Assembly: GCA_964016885.1 (NCBI GenBank)
Contig: OZ024760.1
Span: 4,588,001 to 4,652,000, forward strand
DNA: 64,000 bases
Source of the DNA: Eledone cirrhosa
Taxonomy: Eukaryota
Direction of reading: 5' to 3'
Shown here piece by piece: positions 25,989 to 41,647 of this stretch; within the stretch, counting starts at the first letter, position 1; each line of letters begins with the position of its first letter. Made by a program: the position numbers and the translations under genes. The notes beneath the pieces were generated by a model. It was not told the DNA's origin. It saw only the letters and a program-made list of their open reading frames with translations, and ran no database searches.

Positions 25989-28785
25989 ATCATCATCATC
26001 ATCATCATCTTTAACGTCCGTGTTCCACGCTTGCATGGGTTTGGACGGGGGTTTTCCCACTTGAGGCAAGAGTGATTGTCTTGCTCGCATAGGACTGTCT
26101 GGCGGGTTTTCTACAGCTGGATGCCCTTCCTAACACCAACCACATTTACAGTGTGGGACTGGGAGGTTTTTACCGTGTTGCCTACACGGCCACATTACAG
26201 CGTGGACTGTCTGGCGGGTTTTCTACAGCTGGATGCCCTTCCTAACACCAACTACATTTACAGCGTGGGACTGGGAGGTTTTTACCGTGTTGCCTACACG
26301 GCCACATTACAGCGTGGACTGTGTGTTTTTTTGTCGTGACCCCATACACGATCTCATTTGTTTCGGCCTGGATGTTGTGGCACCAACATAACTTTACATT
26401 GAAAGGGGCGGTGTGGATGGGGTCGGGGTGGTGGGACGGGGGTGTATTTTATTAGAGATGCCTACTGACTGTAGTAGGTTTTACTTTGTATTTAGGTAAG
26501 GCGGGTCTTCTCTATTACTGAGTACCGCCAAAGGTCTCGGTCCAGTGACATTGTTTTGGAGAGGTGTAAGTGTGTGAGGTCGGAATTTATCAGCTCGTCC
26601 CAGGTTTTTCTGGGTCTGCCTACACCGTAGCTACCGTCTATCTTTATTGCCCTGCACTTTGTTATACAGCTGTCGTCTTTCATGCGCATCACGTGACCAT
26701 ACCAACGTAGCCTTCTCTTGAGTAAACAACATCTGATCCCTCTTATTTCTAATTTTTTCCTTAGTTCGCTTATGCTTTGCCGTTCACGTATGTTACTATT
26801 ACACATCCAGTGGAGCATGCAAGCTTCGTTCCTCTCTAGTCTGCGTATATCCTCTGCACACAATGCCCAGGTCTCACTGCCATGCAACATTGCTGTTCGT
26901 ATGCAGGCATCATACAACCTGCCTTTCATTTTTAGGGAGAACCCTTTAGTGGCTAATAGTGGTATAAGCTCTCTGAACTTTTTCCATCCAGTTCTGACTC
27001 TAGCTACTGTACTTTCAGAGCACCCACCCCCACTGCTGATTTTGTCACCCAGGTAACGGAAGCTATCCACTATTTCTATAGAACCCTCTGCGCAATTGAA
27101 AGAGCTAGTATTTTGTGGGCATTTGCTGCTACTTATTGCACCAGAGCACCGGCCACATGTAAAATCTATGTTCTTAGTTAGCTTACCTGTGATCCCACTA
27201 CATCTTTTATGCACCCATACTTTGCATTTGGGACATAAAATGGAGTTTCTACCTACGCCTTTTATGCACCCATACTTTGCATTTGGGACATAAAATGGAG
27301 TTTCTACCTACGCCTTTCCTACACACTGAGCATGGCCATTTCCCGGAAGTGACCGTCACCTTATTTTCTTTCCTACAAACTAGAACTTTAGTCTTAGCCA
27401 GGTTAATTTTAAGCCCTTTTGATTCTAGGCCATGCTTCCATGTTTGGAATTTCTTCTCTAGCTCGGCCATTGATTCAGCTATGAGCGTTAGATCATCTGC
27501 GTATAGGAGTTCCCATGGGCAGCCGGTCTTGAACTCCACTGTTATAGCCTGAAGGGCAATAATAAATAGTAGGGGGCTAAGAACAGAGCCCTGATGTACA
27601 CCAACTTTTACACTAAACTCTTCACTATATTCGTTGTTAATTCTAACCTTGCTGACTGTTTCTTTATACATGGCTTGTATAGCTCTCACAAGCCATTCGT
27701 CAACACCTAGTTTTCTAAGAGCCCACCAGATAATGGAACGGGGGACTCTGTCGAAGGCTTTCTCCAAGTCAACAAAAGCTAAGTGTAGGGGTTTACTTTT
27801 AGCTAGGTATTTCTCCTGTAGTTGTCGTACAATGAAAAGAGCGTCTGTGGTACTTTTGCCTGACACAAAACCGAACTGCATTTCATCTAGATCAATTCTC
27901 TCTCTGATTAGTTGCGCTATAACTTTTTCCGTGACCTTCATGACCTCGTCGATTAATTTAATGCCTCTATAGTTACTCCTATCTAGGGCATCTCCTTTAC
28001 CCTTGTAACAGTTAATGATGATGCTGCTACGCCAGTCCTTCGGAACAACCCCATTCTGTATGACTTGGTTTACTATCCGGGTGACCATGGTGTGTCCCAC
28101 CGTTTCAGAGGCTTTCAGCATCTCAGCAACTATTTCCGAAGGCCCAGCCGCCTTACCCATCTTCATATCTTTGATTGCCTTACTTATTATACTACCTTCG
28201 ACTAACACTGCCGGTCCCTCTATTGGGTCGATGTGGGGGAGACTGTCTTTCTCTCATTTATTCTCCTCATTTAGAAGCCTTTCGTAGTGACACTTCCAAG
28301 CTACCTTCTTATCAGCGTCAGTGATGGCAAGTACACCATCATCATTAAGTACACACTTCTCCCCGACAATATCACGGTTTTCCTTGACACATTGCCTAGC
28401 AATCCTGAACACCTCAAGTTTTTGGTCCTCACGTTGTAGAACATGCTTGAACTTTCTTTCCTCTGCTTCTCTTTTTGCGAAGTACACTTGTCTCCTAGCT
28501 TCCCTCCTGGCCACTTGATAGTCTTCTCTACTTCCCCCATCCCGCCATACTTTCCAAGCCTGCTTTTTGGCCTTAATTGACTCCTCCACCTTACTGTTCC
28601 ACCACCATGTTACTCTCCTCCTACCTACAGGCCTGCTCCAGCCACAGACTTCGTCTGCCGCCGTCAGCAGGTTTGCTTTCAGGAATTCCCACTGTTCCTC
28701 TATATTATCTGACTCTAATTGCTCTTCCTTACTGTCGAAAGAATCAAGTAACATGCTTTGGAATTTATTTCTGGCTGTGGGGTCC
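25989..28785 (-). mobile_element. RTE LINE copy A, 5'-truncated, ORF2 disrupted
   Basis: [24 protein letters not shown]-like Cys cluster; TGG>TGA stop near 28254, 55-bp duplication 27204-27313, 112-bp 3'UTR duplication 26092-26315. Confidence 0.95.
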
Positions 28786-28885
28786 TATATATATATATAC
28801 ATGTATATATATATATATATATATACATATATATACATGTATATATATATATATATATATACATGTATATATATATATATACATG

Positions 28886-28924
<39 letters not shown>

Positions 28925-29053
28925 ATGTATATATATATATACATGTATATATATATATATATATACATGTATATGTATATATATATATATACATGTATAT
29001 GTATATATATATATATACATGTATATGTATATATATATATATACATGTATATG

Positions 29054-29093
<40 letters not shown>

Positions 29094-29124
29094 CATGTAT
29101 ATATATATATACATATACATGTAT
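28786..29124. repeat. Interrupted (TA)n tract
   Basis: TA with TACATG/TATG interruptions. Confidence 0.9.
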
Positions 29125-31680
29125 ATCATCATCATCATCATCATCAACGTTTAACGTCCGTGTTCCACGCTTGCATGGGTTTGGACGGGGGTAGTCCCAC
29201 TTGAGGCAAGAGTGATTGTCTTGCTCGCATAGGACTGTCTGGCAGGTTTTCTACAGTTGGATGCCCTTCCTAACACCAACCACATTTACAGTGTGGGTCT
29301 GGGAGGTTTTTACCGTGTTGCCTACACGGCCACATTACAGCGTGGACTGTGTGTTTTTTTGTCGTGACACCTACACGATCTCATTTGTTTCGGCCCGGAT
29401 GGCGCGGCACCAACATAACTTTACATAGGACGGGGTGGTGTGGATGGGGTGGGGGTGGTGGTGGTGGGACGGGGTGTATTTTGTTAGAGATGCCTACTGG
29501 CAAGGCGGGTCTTCTCTGTTACTGAGTACCGCCAAAGGTCTCGGTCCAGTGACATTGTCTTGGAGAGGTGTAAGTGTGTGAGGTCGGAGTTTATCAGCTC
29601 GTCCCAGGTTTTTCTAGGTCTGCCTATTCCGTGGCTACCGTCTATCTTTATTGCCCTGCACTTTGTTATACAGCTATCGACTTTCATGCGCATCACGTGT
29701 CCATACCAACGTAGCCTTCTCTCGAGTAAACAACATCTGATCCCTCTTATCTCTAATTTTTTCCTTAGTTCGTTTATGCTTTGCCGTTCACGTATATTAC
29801 TGTTACACATCCAGCGGAGCATGCAAGCTTCGTTCCTCTCTAGTCTGCGTATATCCTCTGCACACAATGCCCAGGTCTCACTGCCATGCAACATTGCTGT
29901 TCGTATGCAGGCATCGTACAACCTGCCTTTCATTTTTAGGGAGAACCCTTTAGCAGCTAATAGTGGTATAAGCTCTCTGAACTTTTTCCAACCAGTTCTG
30001 ACTCTAGCTACAGTACTTTCAGAGCACCCTCCCCCACTGCTGATTTTATCGCCCAGGTAACGGAAGCTGTCCACTATTTCTATAGAACCCTCTGCGCAAT
30101 TGAAAGAGCTAGTATTGTGTGGGCACTTGCTGCTACTTATTGCACCAGAACACCGGCCACATGTAAAATCTATGTTCTTAGTTAGCTTACCTGTGATCCC
30201 ACTACATCTTTTATGCACCCATACTTTGCATTTAGGACACAAAATGGAGTTTCTACCTACGCCTTTCCTACACACCGAGCACGACCATTTCCCAGAAGGG
30301 ACCGCCGCCTTGTTTTCTTTCCTACAAACTAGAACTTTGGTCTTAGCCAGGTTAATTTTAAGTCCTTTTGACTCTAGGCCGTGCTTCCATGTTTGGAATT
30401 TCTTCTCTAGCTCGGCCATTGATTCCGCTATGAGTGTCAGGTCGTCTGCGTATAGGAGTTCCCATGGGCAGCCTGTCTTGAACTCCTCTGTTATAGCCTG
30501 AAGGGCAATAATAAATAGTAGGGGGCTGAGAACAGAGCCCTGATGGACGCCAACTTTTACGCTAAACTCTTCACTATATTCGTTGTTAATTCTAACCTTG
30601 CTGACTGTTTCTTTATACATGGCTTGTATAGCCCTCACAAGCCATTCGTCAACGCCTAGTTTTCTAAGAGCCCACCAGATAATGGAGCGGGGGACTCTGT
30701 CGAAGGCTTTCTCCAAGTCGACAAAAGCTAAGTAGAGGGGTTTACCTTTAGCTAGGTACTTCTCCTGTAGTTGTCGTACTATGAAAAGAGCGTCTGTGGT
30801 ACTTTTGCCTGACACAAACCCGAACTGCATTTCATCTAGGTCAATTCTCTCTCTGATTAGTTGCGCTATTACTTTTTCTGTGACCTTCATGACCTGGTCG
30901 ATTAATTTAATGCCTCTATAGTTACTCCTATCTAGGGCGTCTCCTTTACCCTTATAACAGTTAACGATGATGCTGCTATGCCAGTCCTTCGGAACAACCC
31001 CATTCTGTACGACTTGGTTAACTATGCGGGTGACCATGGTGTGTCCCACCGTGCCAGATGCCTTCAGCATCTCAGCAACTATTTCCGAAGGCCCAGCCGC
31101 CTTACCTGTCTTCATATCCTTGATTGCCTTACTTATTATACTCCCCTCGACTAACACTGCTGGTCCCTCTATTGGGTCGACATGGGGGAGACTGTCTTTC
31201 TCCCATTTATTCTCCTCATTTAGTAGCCTTTCATAGTGACACTTCCAAGCTGCCTTCTTATCAGTGTCGGTGATGGCAAGTATGCCATCATCGTTAAGTA
31301 CACACTTCTCCCCGACAATATCACGATTTTCCTTGACGCATTGCCTAGCAATCCTGAACACCTCACGTTTTTGGTCATCGCGTTGTAGGACATGCTTGAA
31401 CTTTCTTTCCTCAGCTTCCCTTCTTGCTAAGTACACTTGTCTCCTAGCTTCCCTCCTGGCCACTTGATAGTCTACTCTACTTCCCCCATCCCGCCATACT
31501 TTCCAAGCCTGCTTTTTGGCCTTAATTGACTCCTCCACCTTACTGTTCCACCACCATGTTACTCTCCTCCTGCCTACAGGCCTGCTCCAGCCACAGACTT
31601 CGTCTGTGGCCAACAGCAGGTTTGCTTTCAGAAATTCCCACTGTCCCTCTATATTGTCCGACTCTAAGTGTTCTTCCTTA
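29125..31680 (-). mobile_element. RTE LINE copy B, 5'-truncated, open ORF2 remnant 29484-31680
   Basis: Uninterrupted RT, PHD-like and C-terminal region; the ORF-track N-terminus is (TA)n read-through. Confidence 0.95.
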
Positions 31681-32553
<873 letters not shown>

Positions 32554-33751
32554 ATCATCATCATCATCATCAGCGTTTAACGTCCGTGTTCCACGCTTGC
32601 ATGGGTTTGGACGGGGGTAGTCCCACTTGAGGCAAGAGTGATTGTCTTGCTCGCATAGGACTGTCTGGCAGGTTTTCTACAGTTGGATGCCCTTCCTAAC
32701 ACCAACCACATTTACAGTGTGGGTCTGGGAGGTTTTTACCGTGTTGCCTACACGGCCACATTACAGCGTGGACTGTGTGTTTTTTTGTCGTGACACCTAC
32801 ACGATCTCATTTGTTTCGGCCTCGATGGCGCGGCACCAACATAACTTTACATAGAACGGGGTGGTGTGGATCGGGTGGGGGTGGTGGGACGGGGTGTATT
32901 TGTTAGAGATGCCTACTGGCTGGAGTAGGTTTTACTATATATTTAGGTAAGGCGGGTCTTCTCTGTTACTGAGTACCGCCAAAGGTCTCGGTCCAGTGAC
33001 ATTGTCTTGGAGAGGTGTAAGTGTGTGATGTCGGAGTTTATCAGCTCGTCCCAGGTTTTTCTAGGTCTGCCTATTCCGTGACTACCGTCTATCTTTATTG
33101 CCCTGCACTTTGTTATACAGCTATCGACTTTCATGCGCATCACGTGTCCATACCAACGTAGCCTTCTCTCGAGTAAACAACATCTGATCCCTCTTATCTC
33201 TAATTTATTCCTTAGTTCGTTTATGCTTTGCCGTTCACGTATATTACTGTTACACATCCAGCGGAGCATGCAAGCTTCGTTCCTCTCTAGTCTGCGTATA
33301 TCCTCTGCACACAATGCCCAGGTCTCACTGCCATGCAGCATTGCTGTTCGTATGCAGGCATCGTACAACCTGCCTTTCATTTTTAGTGAGAACCCTTTAG
33401 CAGCTAATAGTGGTATAAGCTCTCTGAACTTTTTCCAACCAGTTCTGACTCTAGCTACAGTACTTTCAGAGCACCCTCCCCCACTGCTGATTTTATCGCC
33501 CAGGTAACGGAAGCTGTCCACTATTTCTATAGAACCCTCTGCGCAATTGAAAGAGCTAGTAGTTTGTGGGCACTTGCTGCTACTTATTGCACCAGAGCAC
33601 CGGCCACATGTAAAATCTATGTTCTTAGTTAGCCTACCTGTGATCCCACTACATCTTTTATGCACCCATACTTTGCATTTAGGACATAAAATGGAGTTTC
33701 TACCTACGCCTTTCCTACACACCGAGCACGACCATTTCCCAGAAGGGACCG
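32554..33751 (-). mobile_element. RTE LINE copy C, 5'-truncated at the PHD-like domain
   Basis: Near-identical to the copy B 3' region; (GAT)n tail. Confidence 0.93.
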
Positions 33752-34165
33752 TGTATATGTATATGTATATATATATACGTATATATGTATATGTATATAT
33801 ATATACGTATATATGTATATGTATATATATATGTATATATATATGTATATGTATATATATATGTATATGTATATGTGTATATGTATATGTATATATGTAT
33901 ATGTATATATATATGTATATGTATATGTATATATGTATATGTATATATATATACGTATATATATATGTATATGTATATATATATGTATATGTATATGTAT
34001 ATATGTATATGTATATATATATACGTATATATATATATGTATATGTATATATATATGTATATATATATGTATATGTATATGTATATATGTATATGTATGT
34101 ATATATATGTATATGTATATAGATATATGTATATGTATATATATATGTATATGTATATATATATA
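33752..34165. repeat. Interrupted (TA)n/(TATG) tract
   Basis: Directly visible. Confidence 0.9.
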
Positions 34166-34245
34166 ATAATTTTCATAATTTTCATAGAAAAAGCATATAA
34201 CGATATGTGCTTTTACAATTCTCCAGAGAAGCCGGAAGATGGGTA

Positions 34246-34290
34246 AATATTGCTGATGAGATGTAATAACATCGAAACTAGTCCAATATT
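34246..34290 (+). ncRNA. Minimal type I hammerhead ribozyme, copy 1 (predicted cleavage after C34283)
   Basis: aatattg CTGATGA gatgt-aata-acatc GAAA cta GTC caatatt. Confidence 0.85.
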
Positions 34291-34714
34291 CCTGTCTGGC
34301 CCTCTGGAGAATAGAGGAAATGTGTTTCCTTGAATACTCGTATGACTCTAAAACCCGGTCCGTCTGTGTGGTTACATACAGACTAGCTGACACTCACTGT
34401 AAAGTGTCTAGCGAAAAACTGAGTACATATACATATGTATACATGTGTGTATTTATATGCATACTAATACTTCCGTATACATATGTAGATGTACACTTTA
34501 ACTTAATTGTTTAAGCGTCAGTCATACAAAAGTGAGTTAGAAGCGAAACGAAATTTAATTTCGTTTCGTTATTTGTTTTTATCGTTTCCGCTGAACCGGT
34601 GCGTACAATGACTCACGTTCTATGCAAATTGGTCTACCCACTACTAATTTTCATAGAAAAAGCATATAACGATATGTGCTTTTACAATTCTCCAGAGAAG
34701 TCGGAAGATGGGTA

Positions 34715-34759
34715 AATATTGCTGATGAGATGTAATAACATCGAAACTAGTCCAATATT
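34715..34759 (+). ncRNA. Minimal type I hammerhead ribozyme, copy 2 (predicted cleavage after C34752)
   Basis: Identical to copy 1. Confidence 0.85.
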
Positions 34760-34978
34760 CCTGTCTGGCCCTCTGGAGAATAGAGGAAATGTGTTTCCTT
34801 GAATACTCGTATGACTCTAAAACCCGGTCCGTCTGTGTGGTTACATACAGACTAGCTGACACTCACTGTAAAGTGTCTAGCGAAAAACTGAGTACATATA
34901 CATATGTATACATGTGTGTATTTATATGCATACTAATACTTCCGTATACATATGTAGATGTACACTTTAACTTAATTG

Positions 34979-36228
<1,250 letters not shown>

Positions 36229-38857
36229 TCATCATCATCATCATCATCATCACCGTTTTATGTCCGTTCTTCCACGCTAGCATGGGTTAGACGGGTTGTC
36301 CTGTTGTGGGCAGTGTCTGGTCGGCTGACCATGCCTTGCTCATACAGGAACTGATCTGGCTTGATTTCTACAGCTGGATGCCCTTCCTAACACCAACCTC
36401 ATTTACAGTGAGTGCTGGGTGCTTTTTCGTGGCGCCTACACGTCCACTTTACAGTGTGGGCTGGGTGCTTTTTTGCCGTGGTACCTCCACGACCACCTTG
36501 CGGTGGGGGGAGTGGGGGCATATTGTTTATATGCTTCAGCATGTACCCATGGGAGGTCGGGTACCCTGTATTACTGCGTGACGCCAGAAGTCACGGTCAT
36601 GTGTCATTGACTTTGAGAGGTGTAGTTGGGTAAGGTCGGCTTTTATCACCTCATCCCAAGTCATCTTGGGTCTCCCCACTCCGCGGTTTCCATCAACTTC
36701 TAGTGCTCTGCACCTTTTTATGCAGCTGTCATCCTTCATACGCATCACATGTCCATACCAGCGTAACCGCCTCTCCTGCACGCAGCATTTGATTCCTCTT
36801 ATGCTCAGTCTCTCTCTCAATTCCTTTATGCTTTGTCGTTCACGTATATTACTGTTACACATCCATCGGAGCAGGCAGGCTTCGTTTCTCTCTAATCTAC
36901 GTAAGTCTTCCACCTTCAGCGCCCAGGTCTCACTACCATGCAACATCGCTGTTCGGATACACGCATCATACAGTTTGCCTTTCATTCTGAGGGAGAAGCC
37001 TTTTGCAGCTAGCAGTGGTAGTAGTTCCCTAAACTTCTTCCATCCCGTTCTTACCCTAGTTATTGTACTTTCTGAGCACCCACCTCCGTTGCTAATTCGG
37101 TCACCTAGGTAGCAGAAGCTGTCTACTGTTTCTACAGGGCCCTCCCAGAGATTGGTGGTACTTGTTTCCTGTGGCTGTTTGCTTGCTGTTTCAGCACAGC
37201 TGCTGCATGTGAATCCTACATTCTTAATTAAGCTTCCCGAGATCCCATTGTTTGCATTTGGGGCAGAGAATGGAGTTCCTACCTACACCTTTCCTACATA
37301 CTGAGCAAGGCCATTTCCCTGAGGGAATCTGGGTTCTGTTTTCTCGTCTACTTACAAGGACCTTAGTCTTTGTCATGTTGACTTTGAGGCCCTGTCTCTC
37401 TAGTCCCTGCTTCCAGGTTTGGAATTTATTCTCTAGTTCTACCATAGATTCAGCTATGAGTGCGAGGTCATCAGCATACAGGAGTTCCCATGGGCATCCG
37501 GTCTTAAACTCCTCCGTTATTGCCTGCAGGACTATGATGAACAGGAGAGGGCTAAGAACAGAGCCCTGGTGGACCCCAACCTGTACGCTTAATTCCTCGC
37601 TATACTCATTGCTAATCCTAACTTTGCTGACTGCTCCCCTATACATGGCTTGTACCGCTTTCACAAGCCATTCATCTACTCCTAGTTTTCTAAGAGCCCA
37701 CCTGATTACTGCACGTGGAACTCTGTCAAAGGCTTTCTCAAGGTCGACAAATGCCAAGTAGAGTGGCTTACTTTTAGCTAGGTACTTTTCCTGTAATTGC
37801 CTCACAAGGAAGAGGGCATCAGTGGTGCCTTTCCCTGGTACAAACCCAAATTGCATCTCGTCTATATTCACCCGGTCCCTAATCAGCTGTGCTATAACTC
37901 TTTCTGTTACTTTCATGACCTGGTCCATCAACTTTATACCTCTATAGTTTCCTCTATCTAGTGCATCGCCTTTACCTTTGTAGCAGTTGACAATGATGCT
38001 ACTGCACCAATCTTTTGGTATGGCCCCCTCTAGTATTACCTGGTTAACGATACGTGTGGGTATAGTGTGACCTACAGACCCAGATGCCTTCAGCATCTCG
38101 GCAGCTATACCCGATGGACCGGTTGCCTTCCCCATCTTCATATCTCTGATTGCCTTACTTACTACGCTGCCGCTGACTTGTACTGCTGGTCCCTCTATAG
38201 GGTCTACGTGGGGTAGGGTCTCTTCTTCCCATGCATTCTCCTCATTTAGTAATCTATCATAATGACACTTCCATGCATCTTTCTTCTCAGCACTTGTGAG
38301 GGCAAGCTCACCTTTATCATTCCGGATACACTTCTCTCCAATGACATCACAACTATCTCTGACACACTGCCTCGCAATCTTGAATACCTCCTGTTTCTGG
38401 TCCTCACGTTGTAAAACATGCTTGAATTTTCTATCCTCTGCTTCCCTCCTAGCTAAGTATACTTGTCGCCTAGCTTCCCTCTTGGTCTCTATGTAATGTA
38501 CCCTGCTCCCCCCGTTCTTCCATTCTTTCCATGCCTGTCTCTTGGCCTTGACTGCTTCATCTACCTTATTGATCCACCACCAAGTCACTCTCCTCCTGCT
38601 TGAGGTCTTACTCCAGCCACAAACCTCATCCGTCGCCTCTAGTAAGTTATTTTTTAGGAACTCCCAGTTCTCTTCTACGTTAAATGTCTCTATCTGTTCT
38701 TCTTTACTGTCGTAGGCGTTGAGTAAAATATCTTTAATTCTGTTACTGGTTGAGGGGACTTTCAGCTTCCAGATCTTTCTTCTCCAGGTTGGCCTCTGTT
38801 TCAGGGCTCGTCTAGTTCTGACCGTGAGGTCGCTGACAACTAAGCTATGTTGGGATG
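36229..38857 (-). mobile_element. RTE LINE copy D (sister subfamily), from the APE C-terminus to the 3' tail
   Basis: [10 protein letters not shown] at the 5' junction; RT ORF 37224-38588; deletion within the PHD-like domain near 37240. Confidence 0.93.
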
Positions 38858-38890
<33 letters not shown>

Positions 38891-38921
38891 GTATATATAT
38901 GTATATATATATATATATGTG

Positions 38922-38970
<49 letters not shown>

Positions 38971-39140
38971 GTATATATATGTATATATATATGTATATGT
39001 ATATATATGTATATATATATGTATATATATGTATATATATATGTATATATATGTATATATATATGTATATATATGTATATATATATGTATATATATATGT
39101 ATATATATATGTATATATATATATATGTATATATGTATAT
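38858..39140. repeat. Interrupted (TA)n/(TATG) tract
   Basis: Directly visible. Confidence 0.9.
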
Positions 39141-39200
39141 AAAATATTAAACAAATAATGAATAAACAATGAAACAGTTCCTTATATTAAACAAAAAAAG

Positions 39201-39354
39201 TTCATTATTTAACGATCGTTTCTAGGATATATATGTGTTAGAATTGGCATGCATATTCAACAGATCTATGTACAAAATTATACAAAATTATACAAACTAT
39301 CAAGATTAAATATACATACCAACACATATATACGCCGTCTTCAGAAATAATGAA
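39201..39354 (-). ncRNA. Type I hammerhead ribozyme with extended helix II
   Basis: ttcattattt CTGAAGA cggcgtatatatgtgttgg ... ctaacacatatatatccta GAAA cgatcg TT aaataatgaa (10-bp helix I, palindromic helix III). Confidence 0.65.
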
Positions 39355-41647
39355 ATATATTTATTGATAATAACAACAATTCAAAATTTCAGGTCCGTTT
39401 GGGAACAAAATTGACCAATGAAAATACAAAAGGTTTAATGCAGTTCGGTGTGTGTATATACATGTAACTACCCTTACACATATTTTACAAAAATGTATGC
39501 TCAACCTGTATACGCATACCAAAAGGATGGATGCAAATACAAAATTTCAAGGTTAATGTCTCTGTAAGTTTATAATGCACAGATAAGATGCGTATAGACA
39601 CATAAATATGAAATAAGTGTATACACATATTCTCATACTCACACATATCCGTACAATCACACACACACGCGCGTATATGCACAAACATACACATAACTAC
39701 GAACATACAAACACACACACACCCCCACTCACATATATATATGTGGATATAAAATCCTAAGCACATGGATATTAATTCACTCACATAAACACTGGCACAC
39801 ACATTTAGATCAAGATACAGAAATTAGGTGGGAGGGGGGGAGAGGTCAGTATTCAACGGTTTGGGCAGACTGCTTAATATAGATGTATCTATAAACTAAG
39901 AAAATGAAAAATAATAAAGGCATCCGTTGGATGTGCAGTGTAAATGTGCGTGAACGACCCAGCATAAATGTGTTGAGAGAGAAACTGTGTCTGAGAGGGA
40001 TAGAATGTAGTGTACGGGAGAGGAGACTGAGGTGGTATGGACATGTGATGCGCATGGAGGATGACCGATGGGTGAAGAAGTGCCAGGAAATGCCAGTTGA
40101 AGGAAGACGTGGTAGAGGTAGACCACGAAAAACATGGGCGGAGGTGGTGAGAACAGACCTTAGATCATTGAAGCTCACGGTGGAGATGACGAGGGACCGT
40201 GACGAGTGGAGAGATGCTGTGCTGAATAAGACCTGTCCCACCCTTGCAAGCAGGGAAAAGCGGACGTAAAATGATGATGATGATGCACATTCAATTATAC
40301 CCCGGGGTCACAGGAGTTTCCTTCTAATAATCTGAGTGGCAAGCCAACACAATTAAGACATCACCATTATGTTTGTTGAGTAATAGAAAGAATGTCAGCA
40401 GTTGTAGTAGTAGTGGTGGAAAGTTTTTGTACTATTGTCAGCCAGGGTGGAGGGGTGATTTAAGAAGAAAGTAGGAAAACAGATTGTTCAATCATGCAGA
40501 ACTTGCTGGCATATGGAGTGGTAGTAATGTTTGTAGGATAGGAGTGTCATCTGGGTTTTTCTCAGACATTTTTACTTGTGTGCATATTTAAAAAAAAATA
40601 GTTTATAGTCTTTTATAGAATTTTTTTTCAACACGCTAACGCATATGTATATATGTGTGTATGTGCATATGCATACATTTATATGTATGAGTAAGTGGGA
40701 TATCATAACTCCTTGTGGAGTCATAGAGGCACCGTCATATGGTGTGTCTAGGGCACTTTTAAACCTGGCGGAACCCAACCCTCTTCAGGTCTGAACATAG
40801 TTGATTTTTCTATAGAGGACGATTTGACCCCAGTACTGGACTAAATTCTAAAGGGTTAAAGAAAGTTGCTTCAACATAATTTTTTTTTAAATCTCTGACA
40901 TCATATATACCATATTTATAGTCTTTGACATTATATGTACCGTATATATAGTTTCTGACATTATATATACCTCATACATAGGTGGCGAATTGGCAGAGTT
41001 GTTAAGACATCGGATAGAATGCTTTACAGTGTTCGTCCCACCTCATTGCATGCTCTGAGTTGGTAAAGCTTTACCTCACATAATTATCTCACATAATATT
41101 GAATCTATGAGATTTTGATATTATTTATTTTGAGAACAATACCTTAACATGAATATGTGTGGCCAGTTATGGCTGGTTTGAACAGAAAGAGGTAAGAGAA
41201 TTCTGGCCGGATATGGCAATACAGAGTACATGACCTCCCATGGGTACAAGCTGAAGCATATAGACAATATGCCCCCACACCCTCCCACTGCAAGGTGGTC
41301 GTGGAGGTGCCACGGAAAAAAGCACCCAGCACTCACTGTAAATGAGGTTGGTGTTAGGAAGGGCATCCAGCTGTAGAAATCAAGCCAAAATCAGTTCCTG
41401 TATGAGCAAGGCATGGTCAGCCGACCAGACACTGCCCACAACAGGACAACCCGTCTAACCCATGCTAGCATGGAAGAACGGACGTAAAACGGTGATGATG
41501 ATATGGCCTGTTTAAATGCTAAAGAGTTAAGCTAACATACTTTCAAAAGTTAAAAATTTGTTCAATGTTTGTAATTTTAAGATCATGCCATTGAGGGATG
41601 CCAGCTGCCTCAGTTGGCCAAACCCCCCTCACAAATTTAATGGAATA

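Larger units (their letters stand above)
34176..34979 (+). mobile_element. Retrozyme/pLTR-like tandem element: 335-bp direct repeats with 469-bp period, each carrying a hammerhead ribozyme
   Basis: 34176-34510 nearly equals 34645-34979; no credible coding capacity; embedded in a (TA/TG) tract. Confidence 0.8.
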
